Assembly (NCBI GenBank): GCA_030390025.1
Contig: CM059442.1
Location: forward strand, 32,674,001-32,738,000
DNA length: 64,000 nucleotides
Source: Squalus acanthias
Lineage: Eukaryota
Direction of reading: 5' to 3'
Each line of letters opens with the position of its first letter. The stretch's first letter is position 1. The notes under the pieces are model-generated. The model saw only the letters and a program-made list of their open reading frames with translations. It searched no databases and was not told the DNA's origin. Shown here piece by piece: positions 12,816 through 25,676 of the stretch. Position numbers and translations under genes: made by a program.

Positions 12816-14011
12816 TTATTTTCTGCCGTTTAGCCTAGCCTTGCTGAGGTTTGGAGGGAGGACATTAGATTTTGGCAGGAAGGAATGGGTTGGTATAATC
12901 CTTTTTATTTTATCTTTCATTTTTATTTGTATACCTGGGGAGAAAAGAAATGGATGGAAGGTATATCCTGTACAATGAACAATGATTATAATAACTTCAG
13001 AGACCCTTACAGTCCTCAATCTCTGACCACTTTTCACAAGATTTTGTGTTGCTATTCACGTACACACTGTTTTTATATTTCTCCCTGAAGAAATGTTTCT
13101 TCTGTTGCTGAGAATGTATTGTTTGCTCCTTTTATCTCGTTCTCCAATTTACTATGAGTAAATTTTCGAGCAAGTACAAAACCTTAAGATGGGCACCAAA
13201 ATTGGGCTCACTGTCTCCAGCCAAGGGCAAAAAAAAATCAAGAAGGTTTCCGAATGTTCATCACTTTCCAGTAAGCCCTGCTGGGAAGTTCACTTTTGTG
13301 GACATCAGGTTCAGGCAAGATTGGGCTTGGCTATGATGCCTCCCATTGGTTGGTGACCCTGCTAACGCTCATTGCCCAGTTCACACAGGACAAATGGCCA
13401 CTTGGGCAGGATACTGGAGAGCAGCTGATGCCCGTGGAACTGTACCCCAGCCTTCGAGAGAGGGTGGGTAAATGACAGGAAATTGTGTGGGGAGGTTGTT
13501 AAAATAAAATTAATAAGAGACAAACTTAAAAAAACCTGTATGTAACGAACATCTTAAAATATGTTTAATTTACTGTTTTTTGACGTAGCTTTCGGGGACC
13601 TATTACAAGCTCAGAGGGTGGTTATTGCTAATTACGTCATGTGAGGTGCCTTACACCTCTCCTCAGAAGTGAGTGCCGGCTACATTGAATATATCCTGAA
13701 AAGGATTAATAATTATGTTCACTGTGCCACCTCAGACCAAATTAGTTGCATGTTGCTAGAGTAAATCATAGGGTAGAATCAGGTTTTATTTCCTTGACTA
13801 GATACGAGAAAAATTACTGTCTTAATTTGATTTTTAAAAATGGTTACGATAGGCTACAAGTGTTCAATATAGCTTGATGATATGCAGCAAACAAAAGAAC
13901 GCTGACCATGAAAATGGCATCAGAGATAACTAATAATGTCTAACGGTCTCCATCCCCTTTTTAAAACAATTGAAGAAGCTCATTCAGTCCTCTTAGAATT
14001 CATTAAGTATT

Positions 14012-14729
14012 TAACCACCGCCCCTTGACATTCAACGGCATTACCGTCGCCGATTCCCCTACCAACAATATCCTGGGGGTCACCATTGACCAGAAACTTA
14101 ACTGGACCAGCCACATAAATACTGTGGCAACAAGAGCAGGTCAGAGGCTGGGTATTCTTCAGCGAGTGTCTCACCTCCTGACTCCCCAAAGCCTTTCCAC
14201 CATCTACAAGGCACAAGTAAGGAGTTTGATGGAATACTCTCCACTTGCCTGGATGAGTGCAGCTCCAACAACACTCAAGAAGCTCAACACCATCCAAGAC
14301 AAAGCAGCCCGCTTGATTTGCACCCCATCCACCACCTTAAACATTCACTCCCTCCATCACCGGCGTACCGTGGCTGCAGTGTGTACCATCTACAAGATGC
14401 ACTGCAGCAACTCACCAAGGCATCTTCGGCAGCACCTCCCAAACCAGCAACCTCTATCACCTAGAAGGACAAGGGCAGCAGGCGCATGGGAACACCACCA
14501 CCTCCAAGTCACACACCATGCTGACTTGGAAATATATCGCTGTTTCTTCATCGTCGCTGGGTCAAAATCCTGGAACTCCCTGCCTAACAGCACTGTGGGA
14601 GTACCTTCACCACACGGACTGCAGCGGTTCAAGAACGCGGCTCACCACCACCTTCTCAAGGGCAACTAGGGATGGGCAATAAATGCTGGCCTTCCGGCGA
14701 CGCCCACATCCTATGAAGGAATAAAAAAA
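14012..14729 (+). mobile_element. CR1-group (Zenon-like) LINE 3' fragment
   Basis: ORF 14025-14669 ILGVTIDQKLNW...IYKAQVRSLMEYSPLAW...WNSLP; A-rich end; same family as 51736-53120. Confidence 0.85.
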
Positions 14730-15707
14730 TAAGCGGCTGCCTCACCAGAGTTAATGGGGTCCTCTCTTTCTCCTTGTTTCCTCCCCAACCTTCCCTCATA
14801 AATGCCCCTCTTCAGAGATCATATGGGTGAAAGAGTATTACACCACTGGAGCATAAGGATTAAATAGAGAAATGGTCCAAACAAAAGTCTTTGGATTGAG
14901 CTGAGAAATAGCAAGGGATCAGTATTATAGACCACGGAACAGTGGAAAGGAAATTGAGGAAGAATGTAGACAAATTAAAGCGATGTGTATTCACAAAAGA
15001 GTTAGTATTGTGGCAATTTATTTCTTACCCAACAATAGACTGGGATATGGAAAATGGGAGAAAGGGGACAATTTTTGCAGTGTATTCAAGACTGTTTTCT
15101 CAGTTATATGTTGCTACTCCAATAAGTCTGGATAATGAAGTGGAGTAAACTAGTGACCTAAAAGTAGGGAATATTTAGGAAGCAGTGAGAACAAAATATG
15201 ATTGTATTTAGTGTAATAATTGGAAAGGAAAGTCCAGAACAAGGATGATTGACAAATATTTGCAAGATAAAAAGGGACCGTGCCTAGATTAAGTGAGAGG
15301 GGAAAGAAATAGCAAACAAATCTGTAAGTCAGCAATGTAAACTATTTAAACAAGAGATGAAAAGGGTACAAACCAAGTATATTCCAGTATCGAAAAAGGT
15401 AGGATATAACCAAGACACAAAGGGGTAACCCAATTAAAAATTAAAAAAAGAAACACTCAGTGTTTACAGGACAGATAATAAAAAATAAAAGCTAGAGCAA
15501 GTCTGAAGAATGTCTAGGAAAGCTACAAAAAAGATTAGCAAGGCTAAGAGGGAGTAGGAGAGAAAATGAGATAAAAACATAAAGTAGAATAAAAAAGCTT
15601 TCTGTAGACACAATAATGGTAAGAGCATAGGTGTGGTGGGATTTGGGGCTGCTAAGAGGTGAAGGCAGCAAGCTGGTAGTAGAGACTAAGTAAATATCGG
15701 AGATAAT

Positions 15708-16470
15708 GGGCAATAATTTGCTGCGGCAGGGCATCTAATGGTGTCTGCCGTTAGTTAGACTTGCCCTTGCACGTTTAGAATTTTAAAAGTTTTGCGTGGC
15801 AAGTTGCTGAAGGTGCGATCCGATAACGTCGCAGCGAGGGAAAGAGGGCACCTCAGACCTGTGTGAACAGGGCAAGCAACTGTGTACCTTAAGGAGTGTG
15901 AAATTAACAGCACAAGGATTGAGAAGGAAGTGTAAATTAGAATGGTGCAATGTCAAATTAGGTACAGAAAGAGAAATAAAGAGAGAGAAAGAAAGATTGG
16001 ATTAAGAGAGAGGAAAAAGAGACAGAAAGGAAAAGTAAAAAAATTAATTTAAAATTTTACATTTTTAATATCTCCAACAACAATTAAAACCTAAAGGAAT
16101 GAGACTCCACACTTGTATAGTTAATTTTCAGTGCCAGAAAGCTTGATTGACAGTAATTAACACGTATCCTATTGTTAAAAGGATAGTTAGACTCAAATGG
16201 ACAAGATTTATCTTTCTGTGGCAAGTTTAGTTTGTATCTACCACACTAATACAGCAACTTCACGCCATTCAATGCATTTCATTGGTGAGGCAGCCAGCAA
16301 GATGCAGTTTTTGCAAAGCTAACAGCGAAGGGGCGTGTCTCGGACAGCAACTTTTGGATTTCCTTGTTTAACCGTGCATCTGCCCTCGCCAGAAGTTGCT
16401 GTAGCATTTGTGCACAATTAATGGCGAGCGCCATTAGCCTCACTGTTATTTTGACAGCAAATTATGGTCC
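15708..16470. mobile_element. Harbinger-type MITE, family 3
   Basis: TIRs gggcaataatttgctg / cagcaaattatggtcc; flanks aat/att. Confidence 0.8.
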
Positions 16471-16969
16471 ATTAAATACTTTGCCTCAGTTTTCACAAAT
16501 GTGGATATTGGCAATGTCGAACCAGTACTATAGAGCAGTTAGTGGAGATTATTATTCAAAGAAAAATGGTACTACAGAAGTTACTGAAACTTAAAATAGA
16601 TAAATTACCTGATGATTTATATCTGAGAATCCTGAGGGAAGAAATAGCAGAAATTCTGACTATAATTTTTGAAGTATCTGGACTTCTACACAGCCTTTGA
16701 TGAAGTTCCAAGAAAGGCTGCTCAAAAGGTTAAAGCAGTGGGAATTCCAGGGAAAATGTTGATGCCAGAACAAACTTGCCTGCTTCGCGAAGGCCAGCGG
16801 GCGAAAAGACACCACCGCCCACCGATCAACGTTGGTCAATGCAGCAAATTCACTTTCGTGTTGTCGCTAGCTGCACAAGAATTGTGTGTCAACAGCCAGT
16901 GACTGTAACTGTGATAAAATCTGCTGAATCCTTGAAAGTAGGTGACTGAGAGTGTACATTTTAGAAGTA

Positions 16970-17379
16970 CAGGAAACTCTTTATTAACCGGGACCGGCGT
17001 GGTGCCGGTTTATCGAAAGTACCGGATAAGGGAGAGTTATATCTACCGAGGCTATTTTTAACAAAGAGACTCCAGGCAGCGCGGGAGAATCAACTCCTGC
17101 TACTGCAGTGTTTCGGACTTCCGACAGCGCCAGGAGGCCGAGTAGTGGCACTTTTGAAAACTACCCCTACTGACTAAATCGACGTTCTCGGACTCGGACT
17201 CGGGATCGGCAACATTGCCGGTTATTTGAGAGGAGTTTTCGGAGTACTCGGCATTCGCGGAGACTCGACTGCGACTCGGCAACATTGCCGGTTATTTGAG
17301 AGGAGTTTTCGGAGGATGATTTTTGCCGGTTAAGCGAGAATTCCGGATATTTGGGTGCCGGATAAACAAAAGTTTCCTG
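16970..17379. mobile_element. Tc1/mariner-pogo (Tigger-like) MITE
   Basis: TA TSD; TIRs caggaaactctttattaaccgg / ccggataaacaaaagtttcctg; internal direct repeat tcggcaacattgccggttatttgagaggagttttcggag present twice. Confidence 0.8.
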
Positions 17380-17875
17380 TATATAAGATACTCAGAAGAG
17401 GTAAATTTGGAGAGATATGTCAAGTTAAGCCATCACAGCAGTAGAAGGGGCATGGGTTCAATTAACAAAAGGAAAATTTAGGTCAGATATCAAAAAGAAT
17501 TCCTTCCAGATAGGGTAAAGAAAATGAAAAGTTTGGAATCAATGAAGAGCTTTGATTGGAGTGTTGTAGTTTTTTCTTTCTGGAGAGATGAGCTAAGATG
17601 GGCTGTCTGGCTGTCCCAGTCTGTATTTATCTTGTGACCAAATGCTGTGGTCTGTGTTTCTGAGCAGCTCAATTTCACAAGCTGGTTCTGAGTTTTACTC
17701 AGCTCATAAGGAGAGAGCAATTCTTCAGCTGCTTTAATATTGTGCAGTCTGCTCACAACTCTGCTGCTTATCTCATCTACCACCCCACCCCGCCACAATC
17801 CCTGGGTTAGAAGGATTCTCATGGTAACAAGGCCATAAACTGTAGCACATCTAATGAAATAAGATGAAAGACTTA

Positions 17876-18697
17876 GGGCTGGATTTTCAATGACCCGTGG
17901 AGTCGGGTTTGGAGGCGGGCGGGGGGAGGTTAAAGTTGCGGAATCGGGGTTCCCGACCCCATCCCGCCTCCATGCCAGTTTCTCTGGCGGCGGGTACCCG
18001 ACCTGGTCTGAGACCCGACTCCCCAAGGCGGGAAGGGATTAGTGACAATTAACTGCCTGTTAACAGGTTGTTAACAGGCAGTTTTTTGCATAATCCCTAT
18101 TTTAAAAAGAAAAGTGTGGGCTTCCCGACAGGTGGCAAACACTCCAAGTTATCGGGTCGGGCCGTGGGTCTGCAGGGGTTGGAGGGGTCGATATGTCCGG
18201 TGGGCAGGTGAGTGATGGATGCATGTGTGCAGAGGTAAGTGTGTAAGGTAAGTGCTAAGTGTTGGAAAAAGTTTTACTTACCTTAACTTCCTCCTGCAGG
18301 TGTCAGCCCTTCAGTTCTCGGGAGTTAGAAATCTCACCAGCATAGAAAGCAGGAAAGCCGTGGACCTGTCAAAAACAGCAGCCTTCTGTTTTCTGTGCTG
18401 GAATGATTTCTAACTCCGCCTGAAAGGAAGGACTGAAGTTAGAAATCATATTGTGAGTGTTTGACAGCTTCACAGAGCTGTCAAATGCTGATATTTCATC
18501 TGTCAAAAGCTCTTGACAGATGAAATGTCAGTCTGTGACGTCACCTGTTGCCGGGTGGCCCTTAATTGGCCTGCTGAGCCCACAGGGTCAATCAAGGGAA
18601 AATACAGTGGGTTGGCCACATCGCAATGGAGGCGGGTTCACAAGCCAGAATGTGTGATTCCCGACCCCAACACGACTCCAGCTTCAAAATCCAGCCC
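17876..18697 (+). mobile_element. Non-autonomous Harbinger-type element, family 2
   Basis: TIRs gggctggatttt / aaaatccagccc; canonical TTA TSD; colinear with 10177-10988. Confidence 0.9.
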
Positions 18698-19142
18698 TTA
18701 AACTTTTACTGCATTTTCTTAATTAAAACAGATCCAGTAATTAAAAGCTAATATAAATGAACTCTTCTGTATGTCTACTATAATTGTTCAGTCTGCTGTT
18801 GTATTTTGTACCAATGTTTCTTGCCTTTGATATACCAAGAGAATTCGTTTACTGAACAGCAGAAGTGATCATTCTGAGAATAAATATTTCTAAAGGTAAC
18901 ATGACTTTCTGATCTTGACCAGAAGAGGCACCCAGATTCTGCTGGGATAGGTAGTTCACTCAATCCTGCTCTTCTTTTTTATTGGACAATTTAAGAACAG
19001 TAAAAGGTTGGCGTGAAAAGAGATATAAGAATAATACTGAGGAAAAACTACTTGTAAAATACCTGTCAGAGACTCCAGGTATCGCGTGATATCACAAATT
19101 ACGGATTCAAGTGCATTCGCCTGAAACCTCACAATAGACCTT

Positions 19143-19741
19143 GGGGTAGATATTGGTCTCGGCCTGTTTTCAGCGCGCACCAGTAGCTGAAGGCTCGCGG
19201 CTTGTCCTAAATTGAGCCTTGTGCCTCATTTTAATAATTACAGTGAGCTGCTGGCGCCTGTCGTGCCTCCAGAGGCTGCTAGCCGGTCGCCGCAGGATCA
19301 ATTTGGGCAGCCTGCCTCATCGGCAGAGGCCCTCGGGCAACTCCTGTGGCGGGGTCGGGTGGGGCGGGAAACGGACATGAGGAAAGGAGTGGGCAGCAGC
19401 GGCCCTCAGTATTGCCGCTGGCAAGTAAATGCTTACATGTAAAAATATTTATATTTTTGTTGGGGCCTCCATTTAATGACCGCTGGTTGGGCCGCATGTG
19501 GAACTGGTAATCCTGAGTGGAGCAGGCCCACTCTGGGCAAATACATTTTCAACAGGGGACCGCAAACAGATGTTAGTTATATGCAAGGGACCTAAAACCT
19601 GTTTCAGTTGGACGGCAGGGATGCCGAGAAAGCCTCCTTTACCAGTATGATATTGCACAGATCGGGCCTGGGACATTGCATCCCACAATTGGTCCTTTTT
19701 CTCCCCATTTTACTGGTGCGATGAGGACTAATTTCTGCCCC
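19143..19741. mobile_element. Harbinger-type MITE
   Basis: TIRs ggggtagatattggtc / gactaatttctgcccc; flanks ctt/att. Confidence 0.7.
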
Positions 19742-20224
19742 ATTTCCTACTTGTGATTCTAAGTTGCTGCATATCTCAAAAATGATAACAGAAAAATGTC
19801 TTCACTGGGCTGAAATATTGAACTAAGAGGTAAAATTTGAACTACATCAGTCAGCTGTTTTTAGGCTTATTTAGGCTTATGAACACAGACCTAGCTGAGG
19901 GAACATTTTGCTGCACATAGCTGTCTAGAAACAATCTCTACAGTGGACTCTGTAAACAGCAATTTGGCCCAGAATTGCCTTCAAAGCCAAATCAAGCCAG
20001 CAAGGAGCAGCTGAAGGGATAATTACTAGTCCTAGCCCCTTTAGGGCTGCCCCGGATCAGGCGTATTCCCCAGACGTTCACTTTCAACTAAAGTTTGAGG
20101 TAGCTGAATCCTAAAGACGCTTAATTGGGTCTAAAGATCCAGACTATCTCCCCCTAAAGGAAAGGAACAACCTGAAGATGTTACCGTCCTCCAGATAGCA
20201 CTTTTAATAAGTTTTTAGCTAGAC

Positions 20225-21191
20225 TGTAACCTTCCGGATATTATGAGGGTCCGGAAAACTCCCCCAGAATTCTGCAACTCCTCACCAAAGAGTGTACAGA
20301 GATTGAGTTTGCGAGTTTGATACAGAAGTATTATGTGAGTCAATTCTAAAAATATATAGATTTATTAAAGATGCGACATGTAATTTACAGTTGGTGATTC
20401 AATTGCAACATTAACAGTTCCAAAAACAGAAATCTTACAATTCTTATTTTCAGAGATCCTTATTCTCAAATCTTAACCAAAATCAAATACCTTGATACCT
20501 TTGATCCCCGAGGTACAAAGAGTTGTAGACTTACAGAGCTTGCCTCTGAAGCCTGAGAATCGCTTTGCCCCTTTACAGTGAGACTATCATCCCATTTGAA
20601 AGTTTAATATTTATATCCTTTCTCAGTGGTATTTCCTTTGAGGTTTTCTGCTGATGTAAGCTAATTATCTCTAGTCATTTTTCTGCTGACCCCTGCTATT
20701 CTTACAGTCAGTTCAACTGGTAGCATTAAGAATCGTGTCTCTACCTTTAGATGTTCGAAGCTTATCATAAAAACGGTGTGACAGCAGATGCATCTATTTG
20801 ATGTCATTCTTACCAAGGTCTTCTGTTTGTGTCTTTTTACGACGTGTAAATTAAAAACACCTCAACCGGGTCCACCATTGTCTTCTTAGTTACCTCAGCT
20901 AATTGCAACACAGAATCGTGTCTCCTGTGTTTCATTTGATGTCATTTTTACGAAGGCATATGTTTCTTAATTTTCTGTGTTTCTTTCCAAAGTGTAATTT
21001 AAAACACCTTAACAGGGTGTACCATTGTGTTCTTTCTAAAGCTTCAGTCTTCAGGAGCTTCCAACCTCCTGTTTTTCATAAGGTTATTGATTCAGTGTCA
21101 ACAACTTATCTTATCTCAATAGCCTGAATGCTGTTTACGGCTTCTCCATTGTTAGGTTTTTAGATTTTCAAGCCCAGTTTGTCATGTTACA
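20225..21191 (-). mobile_element. Probable solo LTR
   Basis: Termini TGTAAC...GTTACA. On the minus strand: internal direct repeats, then TATAAATA near 20610, then AATAAA near 20362. TSD not clean. Confidence 0.45.
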
Positions 21192-21492
21192 AAGGCCAGA
21201 ATTCTTTCATAGAATGGTGTATTTTTCTGAATATGGCTTATTCCTTCACACAGCAGCATTTTAAGCTCAAATGTGATATTGTTGTAAGCGATAGAGGTCT
21301 GAAAAGCAGTTGTTATTTTGGCAACAGCTGTAATATGGTAAGTTTTGGAGATGGTGAAGCCAGACAGGCTGCTGTTGCAAAATTCTCCCCATTGGAGCAG
21401 AATATGCCACATTCAGTAACCAATAGTAATTTAAACAATTTCACAACAGTCATCTATCAGTGCCATAAGATTCACTTTAAATAATTGCTAAT

Positions 21493-22275
21493 GGCGGTAA
21501 CTTTAACCCCCAAAAATGGATGGGTTTGGTTCGGGTGGGAAGCTAAATGTTGAAAATCTGAAACAGGAACCCAAGCCGCCTCGAAACTGCCCACTTCCGG
21601 TTTTAACGGAGGTGGGACGAGGGGCGGGCGACCAATCCACTGTCAGGGGCGGGTTGATCGTTGGAACGTTTTAAGGAGGATTTGTGCCTTCATTTTAACA
21701 AGGTTTCTATTTTTAACTACTGTGTGTCAGTTTTCCCTGGCCTCGGGAAACCCGGCAGGTAAAAGGAACATGAGGTAAGTGCCTTTGCAGCACTGCTTGT
21801 GGGCCAGGAGGAGCAGGAATGTTTCCACCAGGTCCAACAAGCAAACCTGTAAACAAACACCCCCCCCCCCCCCCCACCTCCCAGCACACCCCCCCACCCC
21901 CCCTGCACGACCCTTCACCGCCAACCCCCGCAATCCAATTCCACCCCCCCCCCCCTCTCTACAGCCCACCTTGATCTGAACGCCCAACAAAACCACGAAA
22001 CTTGCTGTCTCCTGGGGCTGCACCCTTCCTTTCTGCTCTACGGGCAGCACTTCTCTACGCCCTCAGCACCGAAATTGCTGTTCAGGCAAGCAGCTCATCT
22101 CCCAATTAGTTATCAATCAAGCTGGCTTCCAGGTGGGAAATCTGTTTATAAAAAAAAACATGCACGCTGTGGCGTTAAAACTTCACAGCGTTTGGGGAAA
22201 CAACGCTCTTCCAGGTTTCCCGACCATAACTCCTCCCCGCGGCTATGAAACCCCGCCCCAGTAAATATCAGGGAC
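21493..22275. mobile_element. Harbinger-type MITE with poly-C tract
   Basis: Degenerate TIRs ggcggtaactttaac / gtaaatatcagggac; TSD AAT; internal gaggtaagt motif and C-rich run 21860-21960. Confidence 0.7.
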
Positions 22276-22726
22276 AATGGTTCACTTAGTAATAGACACA
22301 GACTACTTTATTTGGAGCTTTAAAATCTATTACCTTTAATTTCACACTGTTAAATTTAACACTGTGTCTACTGTTAAGTAGAATGTTCACAAGAATGCAA
22401 CTATAACTCATTTTACTGTAAAAAGCTGAGATGTTAACATTTTGAAATGCAGTGCCATTTGGTAGTTTCTTGAAATTGAAAAATGCCTATTTAAAAGTGT
22501 TAATCATTCAACAATTCCATTTTTTTTATGTATGAGCCATTATCTTTAAATTTTGAACGCAAGATGGTGGAAAGCCTTTAAAACTGTCTTCTACACTGGG
22601 TGTCAATTTCCATTATCTTGAATAAGATTGTACGTCAATATAGAGAGTGTAGGCTAATATAAAATAAAAACAGAAAATGCTGGAGATACTCAGTAGGTCA
22701 GGCAGCATTTGTGAAGAGAGAAACAG

Positions 22727-22763
22727 AGTTAACGTTTCAGGTCGATGACCTTTCGTCAGAACT
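22727..22763 (-). ncRNA. Minimal hammerhead motif in the inverted pLTR copy
   Basis: Exact reverse complement of 23521-23557. Confidence 0.75.
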
Positions 22764-23520
22764 GGAAAAAAACAGGAAATTGAACAGATTTTTAAGCAAG
22801 TGTAGGAGCTGGGAAAGCGGGGAGCGGATGAAAGAACAAAAGGGAAGGTCTGTGATAGGATAGCAGGCGGGGCCCCAAACACCCCTTCCAGGTGAAACAG
22901 TGATTTACTTGTACTTCTTGCAATTTAGTATACTGTATTCGCTGCTCACGATGCGGTCTCCTCTACATTGGGGAGACCAAACGCAGATTGGGTGACCGCT
23001 TTGCGGAACACCTCCGTTCAGTCCGCAAGCGTGACCCCGAGCTTCCGGTCGCCTGTCACTCTAATTCTCCGCTCCACTCCCACTCCGACCTCAACGTCCT
23101 CGGCCTCTTACATTGTTCCACAGAAGCTCAACGTAAGCTCGAGGAACAGCACCTCATCTTTCGATTAGGCACTTTACAGCCTTCTGGACTCAACCTAGAG
23201 TTCAACAATTTCAGATCATCACCTATCACCCTATCATTTTTTTCTCCACACTTTTTTTGTTTGTGTTTTCTTTTCTTCTCTCCCACATGGCAGCTGTCTT
23301 TCATTCTGCCTGCGCAATTTACACTTCATCTAGAGCCATCTTTTGTTTCTTAACCTGTCCCATTACCATCTCCTTTTGCCTGGAATATCTCTTAATGTCT
23401 CTTAACCTCTCCAGCCTTCTATCCTATCACAGACCTTCCCTTTTGTTCTTTCATCCCCTCCCCCCTTTCCCAGCTCCTACACTTGCTTAAAAATCTGTTC
23501 CATTTCCTGATTTTTTTTCC

Positions 23521-23557
23521 AGTTCTGACGAAAGGTCATCGACCTGAAACGTTAACT
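23521..23557 (+). ncRNA. Minimal hammerhead ribozyme motif in Penelope pLTR
   Basis: agtt-CTGACGA-a-aggtc(atc)gacct-GAAA-cg-tt-aact: catalytic core, stem II, palindromic stem III, stem I. Confidence 0.8.
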
Positions 23558-23876
23558 CTGTTTCTCTCTTCACAGATGCTGTCTGACCTGCTGAGTATCT
23601 CCAGCATTTTCTGTTTTTATTTCAGATTTCCAGCATCTGCAGTATTTTCTCTTTTTTCTTTTTGTATTAGAGAGTGTAGGCTGTTGTCCTTGATAACAGC
23701 TTGGTGGTGCGTGCATTGTAAAATGATAAATTATCTGTGATCCCCTTGTGCTCAGGTTCTTCATGATTGAAGATGGGAGCTTCATGCTTTTACAAACCAT
23801 TAGTAGTTGGGTAGCAGAAAATTATCTCTGTAAGCATCAACATGAGTATTTACTATTTTGCTTTATGTAATGGCAG

Positions 23877-24017
23877 GTTTACATCCGAATCAAAGACGAT
23901 GAATGGAATGTGTACAGGAGATACACTGAATTCAGAGCACTACACAACAGGCTACGGACCAAGTTCCCTTCAGTGAACACCTTTCATTTTCCACCTAAAA
24001 AAGCTATTGGAAACAAG
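23877..24017 (+). CDS. SNX29: Sorting nexin 29, PX-domain internal exon (141 nt, phase 0-0)
   Basis: Acceptor tggcag|GTT and donor AAG|gtatct. Translates VYIRIKDDEWNVYRRYTEFRALHNRLRTKFPSVNTFHFPPKKAIGNK, matching recalled vertebrate SNX29 (VYIRIKDDEWNIYRRYTEFRSLH...FPPKKAIGNK); PX motifs RRY and FPPKK. Confidence 0.95.
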
Positions 24018-24957
24018 GTATCTTAGATTTTGTAGAAATATGCACATTTTACCATGAAAAAATTAAACATTGCTGATTTTGCAATATTTGAAATATCATT
24101 AAAGTATTAGTTCACGTACTGGTATTTTCATTGTAACTTTCCCATTATAGATAAAACTTGTGTTAAACTCAAGGGTGCAGCAAACCTATGTGGAAATGAG
24201 AGTAGCTTTTTCAACAGAAATAGAAAGATAATTGTTTGCTATAAAACTATGTTTGCTATAAAACTATTTTTTGTATTAGTTTTGAATTCTGTTTTGGCAA
24301 AATGTGTTGGGGTTTTTTGTACTCATTGAAGACTTCTACAATTAAACAAAATTATAGGTGATCCAAATACAACAAACTTAATTTTCTTTTCAGGGGGTGT
24401 TCTAATGCAATATTTTACTACCAGCCACTATTATTACAGTTTAAAGGGGATTACTGCCATTTTGAAAGGCGAAGGAAGCGAACAGCCTGAAAGAGATTGA
24501 GGTCAATTTCATCACCGTGCTGTCACACTCATGACACGCTGTGATATTATCATGATGCTGATGGAGTGACAGTGTTGTATGTTCACCACTATAGTTAAAG
24601 GAAAACGCAAGCAACATTTTGGTGGTGACAATCTCATTTGCAATAACACATTTCATAATGTCAGAATAAAACTGGTGGAAAATCATTTGTGTAGATATTA
24701 AGCGAGGTAAAAAGGGACAAAATAATGAATCACTGTTGGCTGAACAAAACATATTAAAGCGTAGCCTGTCGTTTTCTCCTATAACACAGCTAAGAAATTA
24801 TTCCTGTGGTAAAGTAACACTGATGGATGGTAACAAATTGGATAAATCGTTATCAGACTGTGACACCTTTGATAATCAACTTGTGAAACTGCTTAAGAGC
24901 ATGTAGCATTGTCTTAATTAACTCCCACAGCTCTGCTTTCTATATATTTGCTTTATT

Positions 24958-25676
24958 GGGCCGTAATTTGTGGCCCCTACAGGCATGTACGAGGTGCGCA
25001 AGTGCGAAAACCTGGAACTTGCGATCTGTCAAGAATTTTCTTGACAGATCCAACGCACCCCAGGGAAAAGGGCATCCGCGGGCAGAGAGTTGGGCTATTT
25101 GCCCAACTTCTGCCCAGTGAATGCCGGTGAAATTCTTACACCTGGTAAAAGCAGGTGTAAGGCCTGCTTTTACCAGCGTAAGAGTTTTAAAAAACAGATA
25201 AAATAAAATTTTATCAATAATTTTATACATTTAAAAACATGTGAAATAAGGTAAGTTTATTTTTAGCCCCTTTAAAACATGTAGTTATTTTTCAAAAAAT
25301 TAATTTTTGTTTTAAATATTTAATTAAATGCCATTTTAATTAATTTTAAATGTGATTTTTTTTTAATTTATTTGAAATATAGAGGTATTTTTGGGGGTAT
25401 TCCCATTTATACTTATGGGATTTCCGTACATACGGAATCCCCACAAGCATGAATGGAGATTCCCCCTTCTGTCATTTGTTAGGCTGGCCCATGTGATCCC
25501 GGGGGCGCTTGCGAACCGCGTGCGCCCCTGAGATACGTGGGCCTTTTCCCGAGTGTACCTGGAGAGGCCCAGGACCGCACGTTTCCGTACCTCCCGTACC
25601 ACCAGGTACGTGGGCATTTTATTTGCGGATCGGAGACATTTCCCCGAGGGAAGCCTCCGACCGCAAATTCAGGGCC
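24958..25676 (+). mobile_element. Non-autonomous Harbinger-type element, family 1
   Basis: TIRs gggccgtaatttgtgg / ccgcaaattcagggcc; flanks att/aat; colinear with 53558-54215. Confidence 0.85.

Larger units (their letters stand above)
14830..17615 (+). mobile_element. Highly degraded CR1 LINE hosting two MITEs
   Basis: Remnants gagctgagaaatagcaaggg, aaatactttgcctcagttttcaca (KYFASVFT), cagcctttgatgaagttcca and a CR1-like tail near 17.6 kb. Confidence 0.55.
22656..23667 (+). mobile_element. Penelope-like retroelement (GIY-YIG 3' part) with inverted pseudo-LTR
   Basis: Encodes YCIRCSRCGLLYIGETKRRLGDRFAEH...LEEQHLIFRLGTLQPSGLN; 22661-22861 is an inverted copy of the 3' end; 15-bp TSD tagagagtgtaggct at 22641-22655 and 23668-23682. 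Confidence 0.9.

Noticed and set aside
17205-17315. Repeat-spacer-repeat resembling CRISPR
   Set aside because: Only two units, inside a TA-flanked eukaryotic MITE, with no cas genes.
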